Part shown: in pieces, positions 12,101 through 27,090 of the stretch | How positions within the stretch are numbered: position 1 is the first letter of the stretch | How the letters are laid out: each line of letters begins with the position of its first letter | Origin: Vicugna vicugna | Lineage: Eukaryota | Direction: 5' to 3' | NCBI GenBank assembly: GCA_013265495.1 | Contig: MU058213.1 | Coordinates: 1,860,001 to 1,924,000 of the forward strand | Length of the DNA stretch: 64,000 nucleotides | The notes under the pieces: generated by a model | Databases searched by the model: none | Told to the model about the DNA's origin: nothing | What the model saw: the letters and a program-made list of their open reading frames with translations, nothing else | Made by a program: the position numbers and the translations under genes

Positions 12101-15100
12101 TAACATTCCAAGAGTGCCATAGCTTTTAGGAATACAGAGGTAATTCCCCTGCAGTAGGGTTTGTTGGGAAGTGAAATTTGAATTAGGTCTCCTTGAGAGG
12201 GAATCTGGGTAGCCCAAAGGGAGCTCATAAAAGAAAAAGGTGTGAACCCAGGCCTGGCCAAAGAATATTGTGGTGTCACAAATACAGTTTAACAGGATGT
12301 TACTGCCTTCTTTTGTATGTATTTTTAGTGAAACGAATTCTCCTGACATATCTGAGCTTTTCCTGAACTGCTGTTGTGGCTAATTCTTCTCACCTATAGA
12401 AGTTAGCTATAGACAGGTTTTTCCTTGCCCTAGATAGTCAATAATTTGATCTTTACTGATGGTGGGCCCATTTATCACAGTAAGTTGTCCTTTCACTATA
12501 CGTATTGACTTTTATTTATCAATACCTAAGTCCATTTGTAGCTCATCACTAAAGTTCTTGGATATTTTCGGTAGTTTTTGAAGATGCATTTCAGAGCTTG
12601 GCAGAGAGGTACTTTTTACATCAATACAGTGCAAATGGTTGCCAGGCTAAACCTTAACTTAAAATCAACTGTTTTGTTTCCTCTGTAATAGATCCTGAAA
12701 TAGTCTTCATTTGGGGGGCAAGGGGCAAAAAAGACAAACTCTCCTTGACAGTTCTACCACTGAAAGATGTAAGGCTGTTCCATTTACTCATCACACACCT
12801 CAAAATATTGGCAACTGAAAGGCCAGTGTTCTAAATATCTCTGTAATATCTTTGGAAACTAGAGGGAGAAGTCCATGCACTTTGTATGGATGTGTTTGAC
12901 TATGGTGTGCTAATTTATTCATGTTAAAGAAAATTCCTAAGGAAATAAATCATTCAATTGTAGACAATACAAAATCAGTAGTTTTTAAACTACACTTAAG
13001 AACATACAATGAGGAAACCCAGAAGATTGTATGATGAGGACTCTATAGAAGGATTTACTGAAAAAACTGTGGTGGCAGGATCAGCTTTGATTATACTTCT
13101 TCACCTCCCTCTATTCTCTATTTTGGTTTCAGTTAAAAATTCCCTCTTGCCTTTTGTCCTTATTTGCAGAAATGCAAATTTTTATTAACTTGTAAAGGAA
13201 GCTAGGTCTAGGCAACAAACCACTCCAAGAAACATCTCCCTCCATCCCCAAAGAGAGAATGACTCCTGAGGAAGATCTCTGTCCATCTCCACAAACGGCA
13301 GCTGGTTCTTAGAAACTAGGCCAGTACTGTAGTATATGTGGAGCCCTTATTAAAAATCCGTATCATTCATTGTGACTAAAATCTGCAGTCCAGATAATGT
13401 TTTCAATACAATGACTTATGAATGATTAAAAACAAGATCCCATCCAGCATTTGTATGGAGTTTGAGGAGGTAATTGGGATATTGATAGGAAAATCATTAT
13501 TAAAAATGATACAACAGTTTGAAATGTTGGTCAACTGAACAATACAAGGCACTGTAGTTAGCAGATAAAACTCAGACAAAAATCTCAATTGCATCTTACT
13601 CAAAGGCATAAAAATAATATGCAGGTTGAGGAGGTCAGGAAAGACTAAAAGACTACTTAGACTTGTGGATTGAGCAGTGGAAAAGTCAAAGAACTGAGTT
13701 CAATTCTACTAGCTTACTATGGTGGCCAAGAGTTGATCAGTTCCTTGGCTGATTATTTAGGTCTCTTCTCAACTAAATGAATCAACTAAAAAAAATCTTC
13801 CTAGAGGCTTAAGAAAGAAAAACTATGTGAAGTTCAAGTAGAAGTAAATACTAATGCAATATTCAGATCACAAAAGAATGCAACATATTTTAAATTGGAG
13901 GGAGGCGTAAATCAGTGAAAAGACTTTAAGTGATAACAAAGAGGATGTCATTTGAACAGACCACAAATTCAGTTTACAGAGTTGTTCTCTCTGGATAGAT
14001 GTCGTATCAGAAAAACATATCTAGCTAAAGAGCTATGTACATATTACCCCTACTTAAAGAGTATCTACTGAGATAATCAAGTGATAGGACCTCTTGATTC
14101 TATTTGACTAGCAATAGCTACATCCTGCTTAGACTTCAGGCTTACTTTGTGTTCAGTGTGCACTGTAAACTGGAAAAAAAAATCATATAGGAATGCCTAA
14201 AATTAAATAAAATATCTAATGCTTCTTTATAACTAAAAAATAACTGCCTTATGGACAAGTTCAGTGAGATAGGTTAAGATTAGACTTTTGTGCTTTACTA
14301 TCTTTCTGCAGTTGTAATCTGACATGGAATATTATTTTCTGGATGATAGTTTCTAGCATGAATTACTTTAAGCATAAAATATTTTTCAGTTGGTTAAGAT
14401 AAATATTGCAAATGTTGTGAAGAGTAACTATTATTTTGGTATCCTTACTAGATATATAGAATTAAAGCTATTATTTTATTTAAATATTTGGGGATATATA
14501 AAACACACACAGAAAAAAGATGAAATTATTGACTACTAGTCTAAGGGGAAAAATTGTCTATAGCTAACTTCTACGGTGAGATGTATAGCTAGAAATCTAA
14601 TTTGCAGGAAGATAAATGTGAGGACAAAGAAGTATTAATTGGTTACTGCATCTTTTTAAATAATGTTTTATTCCTCTCAGATGCAAATTTTTTCAAGGAT
14701 GTTTGAGCAATGAGATGCTTTGGTAAGGTTAATAAACAAGTAGAGACATCTCTAGCCTAATGCAAGACACAAGGCAGGTACTCAGAATATTTTTGAAATG
14801 ACTGAGTGAAATTACTAACAAGAATTTCTAAGAATTAAAAAAGCAATTAATTTCACCTGTAGTTTAAATGGGAAATCTTAAGATCAGGCCTAGAGTTTGC
14901 AGTTTAAACATACCCAACACCTCTACAATCTATATTTCATGCCTACAGTCAGACTGCATAAATATGGAGACCCTATCCGCCTTATTTTTGAATGAAAAAT
15001 AAAATTCCTCATTTTTTATTACCCAAATATATGTACCAATTGAAACAAAGATGAATATCAACAACTTCATTACAGAGATGAACTTCTTAGTTCCCCAGGG

Positions 15101-15134
15101 GTGAAGGTGGATAGGATATTTTATACTGGAAAAG

Positions 15135-15290
15135 GTTCACTTAACAGGACCCAGAAGATCTGGTTTTTTAATTCTACCTCTGTTCCTAATAATAGTGTGA
15201 CCTTGAGCATGTCATTTCACTGTGCTAGGCTCAGATACTTTTATTAATAAATTGAGAGAGTTGGAGTTCCTTGACATCTTCTGGCTCTGG
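15135..15290 (+). mobile_element. MIR SINE
   Basis: tgtgaccttgagcatgtcatttcactgtgctaggctcag. Confidence 0.55.
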
Positions 15291-18200
15291 GACTCAAATA
15301 TCCTGTCAGTTAAGAAGCCAAGACCAACCAACCTCTGAGTATATCACCGAAGGGGATATCAAGAGGATAAGTGGCTGCTGTAATAATTTTGGAAATAATC
15401 AGGACTTCTAAGACCCTTTCTGAATTAAGTAAGATTGATATTTTCCTACACATAGTTATGTCCAGTCTTACTGAGGGACAGAGGAAATCAGAGCAGCTTC
15501 AGAGAGATACTTGGGTTGTTGCAGTGCCAGGGTGAGGCAGCCCTCTGGAGAGATGACAAGAAAGGGTGGAGGCTGCAGTATGGCTACTCCTGAGAACAAA
15601 CAAGGTGACTCCTTAGCATAGAAACATCTGTCAGATAGTCACCCATAAAGTAAAAGAATCTTTAAAACCACACTTAAAAAATAAGTTACATCCCACTCTT
15701 CTTAGAATCATATTTATGCTGTTAATTTCTTTGAACAACCCCTCTCTTCATCAATCAGTTTGGCAAATACGAACTTCAATACAAGATGAATCATCCTAAA
15801 CTAAATTAATTGAGATCATGTAATAATTGCAAGAAGTACCATTGCAGTGGACAAGCCCTGGCCTGGAAGTTAGAGAATCTAGGTTAGCTTAGGCTAAATT
15901 GGCACTAGGCTCTTATGAAGACTGGCCCCATCTTGGCTTCAGGACCCCAGGCATGAAGAGGTTCTCAATGATTTTTTTGCCAAATAAATGGATAGGAGAG
16001 GTGTAGTGTTCCTGTGGAATAGTATTTTCTTCAAGTGAAATCTCTTAAAGGGAGAATCAGTAGAATCCCAATTCTTTCTGTTCCTTTTATGTGCAAAACT
16101 GAGGCCCATGAAGTCATTTGTCTTAGTCAAGCCTGGCATGAAAACAAACTCTAATCAAATTATCTGAACTCTCAGACTGAACAGACTGTAGAGATATATT
16201 GGATGTAGGATGTGATGAGTATGACAAAGGAAATGTGTAAGCTGGGGAGTAGAAAAGGGAATAAAAAGGAAAAACGCTTCTCTGTCTCCTCTTTCTACTG
16301 CAATCCCTCACTCCACTAAAAGGCAATTCTCATCGAGTTGCCTATGAGAGGTTTGCTTGGATTTCTTTATGTGTGCCTTTAGAGTACCATTTCCTTAGCA
16401 AGCAGTGTTCCCAGAGAGATGTGCATAGCAGATGAATAAACTTTTTTTTTTAAATATCAAATCAAAATAATTTCCACAACTTTGTTCCCTGGTCATTACT
16501 GAGTAAATTCCGAGTGGAAATAATACAGGGAAACAGTACTTATTATTAGTTTTTTTGGTATTTATCTATAATTTGGTAAAGAGAGAATTTTGAAATGCAA
16601 GAAATAAACTGATCAGTTCACCAAGCTTAGCTTTCTACATTAAACCATACAGATAATTATTCAAGACAAAAGGACTCAAATATCTTATCTGAAAGAACCC
16701 CTTCAACACAGAAAGGAAGTACAGGTGATGAATGAGTTCTAAAAATGTATAGAAATTAACTCTCACACTCTTCTTGCAGTTTAGATTCTGAAGAAGTCAT
16801 CTGACTTTTCTCATAAGGACCAAATCCTATGGTAAATACAGAAATTTGTTAATTTTACTGTTCATAAGTTCAAGAAATTGAATGCAGGAACAGATTCCAA
16901 AGAATAAAACAAATAGTTTCCCATGCATTGATACACTGAAGAACAGTCAGCAAAGGGAGACTTCTAAGAGGAATTTGTAGTAAACTTTCCAGCTTGAATT
17001 TGAAAATTTAGAAGGTCAGGAAAACAAAAGAGATCCTTCAATCAAAAGAACATCAAGCTAGAATTTCAGACTAGAAATAAACTTGATCTGTATAGAAACT
17101 TAAGATCAGGTTTCACAGCATAGGCCAATTTAAACCAGAGCAAAGTCTCCAGTTATCTATAAGGAAAAATATCAAAAACATTTTCCTCTAATATCAGTGG
17201 GAGAATAAACTGTTAAATGGCACTACCATTGGAATTTGTAGGAGCAGTAACCTTTCCATAGGCTGAACCTATGATGACACTATCAGCGTGGGGAGAATTG
17301 TTGGCAGGCAGTCTCAAATTCCCAGCTGATAGGCGTCTCTATCTCAGGGGGAAATGCTTGTCTCAGATGGTCAGTCAAGTGTCAGAGCTGTTTCATCTCC
17401 TAGATAGGAAATGGAAAATAAGAAAATCAAATTATCTAGGCTACGCCTTCATTTTCTAACTCTTTGTCAACATTAAGAAGGGATGCAAGGAGGAAAAGGT
17501 CTAAGTTACCATGTTTTGTATCATTAGGCTTGGGTACTCTAAGTGTGATTTATTTTTATTTGAATGACATCAAAATGGTACATTAGTGTACATACTTGAG
17601 AACTTATGGAAATTGAATGGAAGTCATGTTTGGATGATAATAATGTGTTTTACCACTGTATTATAATGTAGTCAGTAGCAAGCATCCCTCTCTCACACAT
17701 GTACTCACACTAGACATAGAAAACACAGGTGGTCTGTTGGCACTGATTGCTTCTTATTGTCATGCATATAAAATATAGCTATTCATTTAAAAATATTAAT
17801 TTTGCTGGTGGATAAATAATCGAAAGTTGCATTCTCAAATCCTCAGGCTGTGTCATTGAATAACTAACACTCAGTATTTGTACTCATATCTCTGAGTGAT
17901 CGTTGCCCAAAATATCAAAATTACCTAGATAAGTAGTAGAGAGCCTCATTTTGATACTAGATAAGCCTGTGCCATCTATACATAAAGGATAAAAGAAACA
18001 CACCTTAAAGAAAACAGTTTTAAAGAGCAAACATGCCTGTGGATAACGGGAAAGCAGCAACTATTCAGAGAATAGGTCCTCTTTAAAAGATGTATTATCA
18101 TAATTAGAGAACTATGAAATAGGAAACAAAGGTGAGACAAACCATTATTTCTAGATAAGACAGTATAAAACAGTGTCCTAGATTAGTGTAAAATACTTTT

Positions 18201-18989
18201 CTTGATAAATTGTTACAAATTATTTGAAAGAACACACAGTAAAATCTCTAGCATTTTAGACAACACTAAGGGTTCCTGAGTTGAGAAATATTAGGCTTAT
18301 TAGATTAACAATAGAAAATTTTAAGGCCAAATCAGTGAGAATACAGGTTGTGTACACATTTCAGTATACAGTATAGTAAATTCTGGGTAACGCCGAAAGA
18401 AGATATGATCCAAAGTATATGTAACAAGAACATGACTAAGCTATAATTTGCTACGACTAAGGACATTAGGCCAATGTAAAAATGTAAGCAAGTGGTTCAC
18501 AGAAGGCTGGCACTTCAGGAAGGGGATGATCAACACAAAAAAACAACCACCATGAAAAAAACTAACAAGTAAACCCAGGAGGCTTCTGCACCTGGAAGCC
18601 TGCATGTGTCTCCAGTGACTATAGCCGATATAGAACACAATGGCATTTAGGAGGCCAACCAAAGGTCTAGGAGGAATTAGCAGGGTGGAGAGTTTATATA
18701 ATATCAGAATAACTCAAGAATAAATCAGGAAGACCAAGACTCTAGCATGGAAATACATCTGAAGAAGAATGTGACTGATATTTATAAAATTATCAAGAAG
18801 TTATATGCATATATATCTATCTGTATATCTAGATATACAGATATATATATATATCTGCCATTTTCTTATCTCTTGTTCCTCCAACCCCTCAAAATGGTTA
18901 TATTCTCACCCTACTCTCCATTACCAGAGTCACACCACTCTTTTTAACAGCCTGATAAGAAGTATCTTTCACTCCAGTAATTCTTTAAA

Positions 18990-19510
18990 CTGAGACAATT
19001 CATATCCCTAAAACCAAGATCTGATCATGTAGCTTCTGTGTAGAAAAGTCTGTAATCACCTCTATTCAGTCAGCAGTGGGAGATTGTGGAGCCATGGATT
19101 TCAAGGCCTTTCATGAAATAGTCTCAACTCACATTTAGAGGCTTCTCACTGGATGCTGCCCACTTCCTGTTCTTTCCCATCTTAGACTCTGATATCACTA
19201 CACCTGGACAAGACCACTCATTGCCCCCTGGATATGCCATTTGTTTTCTACATTGATGCCTTTGTGAAGATCCCCAGCTTGAAATACCTTCTTTCACTTC
19301 AATCTCTAATTCTCTGCTTGTCAAAAACTACCCCTTATTAAAAACTCAGCTCAAATGCCATTTTTTTCCATTAAGTCTTCCACAACCCACATCTAACATT
19401 GATTTTTCTCTCCTCTTCTGTGTTTCTTAGCATTTTATTTGGCCTATGTTATTCTTCTTACCCCATTCTTTGGTTCTTGTGTCTGACTACCTCAGTGGGC
19501 TACATTGAAG
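18990..19510 (+). mobile_element. L2 fragment
   Basis: agatctgatcatg...ttcaaggcctttcatga...aaaactcagctcaaatgcca. Confidence 0.6.
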
Positions 19511-19999
19511 GGAAGAAAGATACTTCAGACACACCTTGAAATTTTGAGGTTAACATCATGAGGACAACTTGGCTTCTCCACAATGGAAACTGCCATGCTG
19601 CAATCAGAAGACTGGGCTAAAAAAAATCACAGAGCTGACCTAGTGTGTCTGTTTCTGTCATTCTTAACTTGTCTCAGACAGTTGGAAATTCATAGATATA
19701 ATGCTTGTTCCACAAACGTCGTGTCTGATGCTCATGGGACAGCTTACTTATGGATGATGATAGCTAGGGAAGTCCACTTTCTTGGCATTAATGAGGTTAC
19801 GTAGATAGTGGGTGAACTGTGTTGAGCGAGATCTCTAGGCCAGAGCATCATTTATACAACACTCACTTCTATTTCCTTCAAAGACCTTTATAAAATAAGA
19901 CTCATACATTGCAAAATACTATACCTGCCCCCGACAACAGAAGGGAAAATGCACTGATTTCCACCTTCTTTTCCTTACTCTCATAAATCATAAAGTTAA

Positions 20000-20155
<156 letters not shown>

Positions 20156-23100
20156 TAACATCCACAGACACACACTATATACTGAAATGTTTCTTATATA
20201 TAAAATGTGTCTCCATGGACCCCATAATGGTGGTACCTACACATAAAGTACGCAAAAGCTACCTTCCAGAAATACGAGTCTAGAAAAGGTGACAAAAAGA
20301 AAATAAACTTATTTTTTTGAATAGTTAAGCAATTATTGTTTTGCCCAAGTTCTTATTCCAAGATAGATTTTTTTCCCCTTATGAAAGACAAAGTATTTCC
20401 CTGGAGGTGAGGGTAGAAGTCCTCTGAAAAATTTTCCCCAAATATGAGGTACAAATTTATTCTCATTCTATTTCATACATTTTTATTCTATGTTTAACCA
20501 TCTCACTGATATTTCATCCTACAGAGAGGGAGGTGATAAAAATTTTTATTAATGTAATAAAGGGAAAAAGAAATAAAATAGTTTGTCATAATTTAACTAG
20601 ATAAAATGAATTCTTGTGATCTTAATGTAAGAACAGACTCTGATCTCTAAAGGAATACTGAATTATGGAAACACGATTTTTACATAATAGAACCATTTCC
20701 ACTAACCATTTATTCATATTAAATAATAATTCTTATGGCTCTATTGGTTCATATGCTTTTTATCTCTAAATTCTTTCCATGGAACATATATTTTAAAAGG
20801 TGTTTTCATTCTTTTGGTATTGAGGGGCTCCCCCTGATTCCTCCAATGACCCAAATTTGATTTCCTATGCTGGGTATCTACAGGGAACCACAGTCATCAG
20901 GCTTTGCATAGAATCTCCCTTTCTTCATGAATTAAAGGTCACACAGATTTATTCCTCAAAAAAAAAAATAAGAAGAGGAGATTTGTATTAAACTTGTTTT
21001 GCCAAATTATAGTTGTTACTTTGTTTTAAAACCCTAATGATCTTAGAAGGCTCGGACCAAGCACAGCACAGTTGGAATTTGAAAAAAGGCAGCTCAAGCA
21101 AGGAGGACTGTTCTTTCCAGCACATTGCTCTCATATTTCCTACAGGAAAGGCGTTGTCCAACTTAGAAACATTCAGTACAGCCAGAGCAAGGAGGTAAAC
21201 AAAAACACTTGAGAAGTCCTTTTTATTGACAAATCTAAAACAGATTAAATAGGTCTTCTTCCAAGAATAAGCAGCCCCCAACATCACCCCCCACCACCAT
21301 CCTGTGGAACAAAGTCTTAGAGATTACAACCCACATATGGCAGAGGACCCCGGCCTGCAGTCAGCCAGCTAGTTATCCATGGAAGTGGCTCAAGGCTGAC
21401 ACTCAGATTGACTGGTTCACACTAATTTACTTCACACAGATTCCATTTATCTCCTAGAAGATCCCCTGGCAGCAGCTTATAATGGCATATCCTAGGATGC
21501 CTGCCTGCATGCGTTTTTAAAGCAGCAGTGCTTGATGAATCTGAGTCCAGAAAACGGTTCACAGATTGAGGAGTAGGTGCAATCAGAAAACATCAAGATG
21601 CACAGCTGGGACTTGCTAGTTTGCTTGACTGGTCTGAGCAGCTGAGCATTAACTGTGTCTGCTTTTCTGCTGGCTGCTCACTGCCACTGGGACAAATCAG
21701 AGAGCCACTCCCTCTTTCCTTCACAACTCACCCTCCCCAAAAAAAGAAAAAGTGCTTCACCATCTAAGTAGCATTGTAGCTGTAGGGAAAGCTCATCTGA
21801 TCATTTAACCTTTAGTCTTTAAATACTATGATATTGCTGATCTAGGCAGAACTACAGCTGGTGGTTCTAAGGTTTGGACTAGGCAAAATGTAGCTAGAAA
21901 AAAAAGTAAAAGAGAACTCTAAATTATTTTGTTTACTTTCAACAATAAGGTCCAAAGACCTAGCTGAGATGTTATGTTTGTGGGGCTAGTTGGTTACCAT
22001 CCTGATGTTTGCTCTCCCATATCTACTGTAGAGCTTGGGGAAAGACACAAAAGGACTCAGTTGTTTGTCAGATGCATAAATGGGTAGATAAATGTGTGAG
22101 CAAACAAGTCACTGTTCTCTATTTTATATGTGTGTGTGTGCGTCTGTATTTATTTTTTTTACCAGCAGAATGTAGAGTGGCTAATGGTGTGAGCTACGGC
22201 ATCAGAATTCAGACTCTGCTATTTTTTTTCTTGGATCAAAACAGGATTTTTTAAAGCATATATATAAACATTATGTGTGTGTGTAGTCAATATTTTGAAT
22301 ACGATTAAAATTTCTGTGTTTGTTTTATATCAGCTGCATTTTTGCATTTACATCAGTTACATACTAACGGTAACATCATCAGTATCCAAAGGCAGAGGGA
22401 ATTGAGAAGATCTTTCAATGGCAGGGGAGCTAACAGCATTAAACAATAACAATTCAGTGGCAAATCTACCAAAGCAGTGACAAAGCATATTTAGTACTTA
22501 GAAGGTTAAACACTGGGCTTCAGTAGCTGGTTGATGGAAAAAAGTAGGATTAAGGCTTTTGCATGAGCCTTGACATGATGATGTTGTCCGCCTGCTGCCT
22601 TAAGCTTTGAAAAACAGCTGGGATCATCTTCTTATAAGCTCCAACTCAAAGATGTTTAAGCAGCCCCCAATCCAATTAAACAGAGGTAAATAGAAGGAAG
22701 AATTTTACAGAGCACCATCATCACATTTTTTTCTTAATGAAAAACAGCATAATTGCAGGTTACACAGCTCCTTAATCTCACATTAAATCTAACAGATTGC
22801 TGACTTAAACAGAGCATGGCAGTCCCAGATTTCTATATTGCTGTGCTTAATTTTAGGTCATTATCCTTTATTATGTGTCTTGTAATCCTTAAAGCCCATG
22901 ATTGTGTCTGGATATTAGGCAAGGATTGTACTTGGCAATATAGGGATTCTAATTCTAAAAGTGATGATTTAATTGAAAGATATAGTATGATTAAATGTTG
23001 AAAGAATTACATATATTGCTTTGCTTTTGAAATTGGCTAGTTTCTCATATATGTTTCCCTCAACGTTACTTAAGATCACTATTTGGTTTTAGGACTGCTA

Positions 23101-23199
23101 AAAAAGAAAGCTTTCACAACTGAAAGACCAGTAGTTTATTGTTAGGGAAATTTATCTATATGCTATTAAAATCCAATTCAAATAAAATCCTGGTTCATT

Positions 23200-23400
23200 C
23201 ACAAACTGAGTAACTGTAGTCTAGTTACTTAATCTTTTCTGTGTGTCAGTTTCCTCATCTACAAAATAGTAATAATAGTAATAACAATTAATAGTAATAA
23301 TTCTATTAAGTGCATGGACTTGTTACAATTACATGAGTTAAAACATGCAAAGTATAGACTGTAGACCAGTGGTTAGAAAGCAAAAGGTAAATAAATCCAG
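23200..23400 (+). mobile_element. MIR SINE
   Basis: agttacttaatcttttctgtgtgtcagtttcctcatctacaaaatagtaataatag. Confidence 0.7.
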
Positions 23401-24519
23401 TATTATTACTATTATTTATTTATATATCCTTACCTAGAAATGTGTATAAATGGCAATAAGATGCTCAGCCTTCAAGGTACTTTAATATCAATCTAGTAAT
23501 ATTTAAAATTTCTCAGACCTAATAAAAATATTTAAAGTAGTTATATAATCTTGAACTTCACTTAAAATTGTAGAACTCTAGAAGATAATGTTAGTGGCCC
23601 ATTTAAAAAAATCGTCTAAAGGGGTTTATGGGTTTGTTTACATATACCTGCAAACAAATAAAATCCCACACAAAGCCATCTGTAATTCCCCTTTTTTTCT
23701 ATCAAAAGTGCTGAATAAGGTAAGAAGTAAAACTGGTTTCTGATAACTCAGGGAAACCATGCACAGATCTTTCAGAATTACTTATATATAATCCTTGACT
23801 GCCTAGTCCTTTTACTGGCTTCCATTCACATACTATGTTTTAAGAATGTGCTGGTGTTGAAATTTAAAGCCTAATCTAAGGCAAAAACATTACTGGATGA
23901 TGGTCATTTGATGGAATACAAAACTCAAACAGAAATAGTGGCTTACTTGCTACTCACCTTCCTTGCTCTCTCATTTCTAGAGTAGATAGCACCATAAAAT
24001 ACTAAATATCACTAAAAATATAAGATAATAATAATAAAACAATTCTTGCCCTTGAAAATTAGGTTAAACCATGAAAAAAAAAAACATGCTTACATCCATC
24101 TTAATTAATCACAAAGTTGAAAAAAGTATATATTTATTTCAGTTCATTTTTTGGTTTCATAAACATAAATTTTGAAGGTTTTGTTTATAAAGGTGAGCTG
24201 GGATAAGTTAAGATTATTTTACATTCAACTCTGGCATAGGCAAAAACATATCTAATTTGATCCAGATATTTTTACCACTTCTCTCCCTGCCCCTGTACAT
24301 ACAGTTGATCTCCAAGTTCATCAGATCACTACATGGTTGATTTCTCTGTAAAAGCAATTGAAATAACTGGATCAGATACTTGGTGATCTTAGCAGGTACT
24401 TTTAGATATAAAGTAGTACCTTGCTTTTGGTCTTTTACAACACATACTCCATGAAATTTCATTAATATGAAGTTAGCGACATTAGCAATATTACAAATTA
24501 GAACAAAGTTCAAAATAGA

Positions 24520-27090
24520 ATTAGAATAAGAAGTGGGTCAAGTTACTCACATGGGAAAGAAAATCAGATTGTGGCAAGATTTTGACAACACTTCACCCCA
24601 GAAAATGTAGGAGTAACATATTTTAAAATGTCAGGGAAAGAAAAATTTGAGCTAAGAAATTCTATCCAGCAAAACTCATCTTTATCTATAAAAGCTGCAA
24701 GCTAATATGAGCATGTAATAACTTAAGGAATATTATTTCAATAAACTTTTCCTAAGAGATCTACTAGAGAAAGCTTTAGACAACTGGCATAATTGAAGAG
24801 ACATCTGCATAAAAACTGGAGGTAAGCGCTAAATATACATTTACATATAGGACTAAATGATAGTTATAGAAATACAACTATATTCTGACAATGTAGGGAC
24901 AGAACTACAGAGAATAGAGGGGATTGGAAGGTTATGGAGAATTGTGTAAAAAGCAAGATAAGCTAACTGCTACATTATAAATATTGCTTCAGATTAAAGA
25001 ATATTATTTCAAATTAGATACTAGGAGAGAGGGAGCTGAAATGTTACTACAAGGTTATTTCAATATTGCTCATAGTTGAGAACCAATCAGCAATGGCAAG
25101 AAGAGTCTTATATAAGGTATGAGCATAAAGGTAAGCATTGGAACAAAAAAATTAACATTTCCAAATAGTCCCTGACTCCTTTCCATCAAAAAAGGCAGAG
25201 AGAGGAGAGAGATTCTGAAGCAAATCAAATAAAACAGACCACCTAGTGAAAGAATATATACAATTTCATATATTTGTGTGTATGCACAGATTTACTAATT
25301 GTATCAATAAATATTAGTGACAACCTATCAGAAGAAAAGGTGATCAGATTGGCCCAAACAGTCAAACCTAATACTTTGTATAGGAGAGATATACTAAGAA
25401 CAGAGATTAAGAAAGATTCAAAATAAAAGGATGGATGTATGTAAATACATAAAAAGAAAGCGTCGGCCACAGTATTATTAACCATGGTGGAATGCAACCA
25501 AAGAGCATTAAATACCGACACAGAGAAGAGTATTTTATGATGCTAAAAGCTACAATTCACAATGAAGTTATTTCAACTACTAGTATATAGTCACGTAAGA
25601 ACACAGCCATTTTAAGAAAACAGAGACTACAGGAAGTGCAAAGAGAAACATAAACTAACATCAGACACCTTTAACACCTCTCAAATCTAAGATAGTTGAT
25701 GGAAACAGACTTACACAACTAAGTCAATAAGTTGGACCTAATAATCAAACTCTGAATGCCAATAATAGACAACAGCACACCTTATTTCTAAGTGCACATG
25801 AAACATTCATAAAAATTGGCCACATTTTAAAGTCCAAAGTAAATCCCCCAATAGTCCAAGAAATAGAGTTAGCACAGATCATATTCTCTGATCATGATAC
25901 AATAAAACTAAAAATTAATAAGAATACCAAAAAACAAAAAGATTCTCCACCTGAAAATTTCAAAACACATTACTAAATAGCTGTTGACTCAAAGGGAAAT
26001 GCAGTACAAAATTGCAGAAGTTTTCCAAAATTACAGTAATGAAAACATAACGGAATCCATGAGAGAATGCACTATTAATCTAGTTATGAAAGGACATTTT
26101 ATAGCATTAAAAATCTAATTAATAAAAGCGAAAATGAATTAAATATTTAAGTCAAAAGGTAGATAAATAACTATAAAGTAAGCAGAAGAAATTAAGAGGA
26201 AAGAATTAATAAAGATAATGATCTAGGGAACAGTAAAACAGAACCAAGAAAGAAGTCCAAAAGCTATTCTTTAAAAAATAATCAATCAAACCAACAAACC
26301 ACTAACAAATTTCATCAAGAAGGAAAAATTCACAAACATATAAAATCAAAATGAAGGAGAGGAAATAGCTGTCAATAGATAGAAAATTTTTAGTCATAGG
26401 AGATGACGGTGCTCAACTTTAAACAAATTAATTTAAAGATCTAGAAATAAGTAATTTTATGGAAAAGATTGGTAGTGATAGAAAGGGTAGGACAACTACC
26501 TTAGCAGAAATAGGGAAAGAAAATTCATTTGACAAAATTTAACACCCATTTATGTAAAAAGAGTTAGTAAAATAAACTTGTTAGATATTTCTTAAATATG
26601 ATAAAATATGTATGCTTCAGCCTCAAAGCCAACATCCTATTTAGTATAGAAACAGCAGTGACTTTCCCATTAAAGCAAGGAAAACAATACATTTTCAACT
26701 ACTTTTAACATTGTGTTGAAGTATTCATCAATGCAGTTAGCCAAACAAAAACAATTAGACACAGCAACTGGAAAGGAAGAAGTAAAACCTTTTTTTTTAA
26801 ACTGGAAAATACAATTATATGTCTGGAAAACCCAAAGAATCTATGAAAAAATCATTTTAAGCAAAAAGGGAATTTAGTAAAGTAGTATGGCATATATATA
26901 TATATATAAATCATCTTCAAAAATACAAATAAAAGCAGTTGAGAGATAAAATTAAATAGGAGGTTTTACTTACAATAATTTTAAAAAATAAGAAATTTCC
27001 AAAGTTTATATGAGGGAAAAGCACTCTTAAAAGACACAAAAGTAGATTTGGACAAACAGCAAGATGTACTTTATTCTTTTAAGGAAAACT
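24520..27090 (+). mobile_element. Old, internally deleted L1 (ORF1 C-terminus plus ORF2 endonuclease/RT remnants), antisense to WDR72
   Basis: A-rich plus strand. ORF1-like gaaattctatccagcaaaactcatc; endonuclease-like ttctctgatcatgatacaataaaactaaaaattaa; RT-like tttgacaaaatttaacaccc (FDKI.HP), ttttaacattgtgttgaag (FNIVL), ggaaaggaagaagtaaaa (GKEEVK), ctggaaaacccaaag (LENPK). Many stops. Confidence 0.85.
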
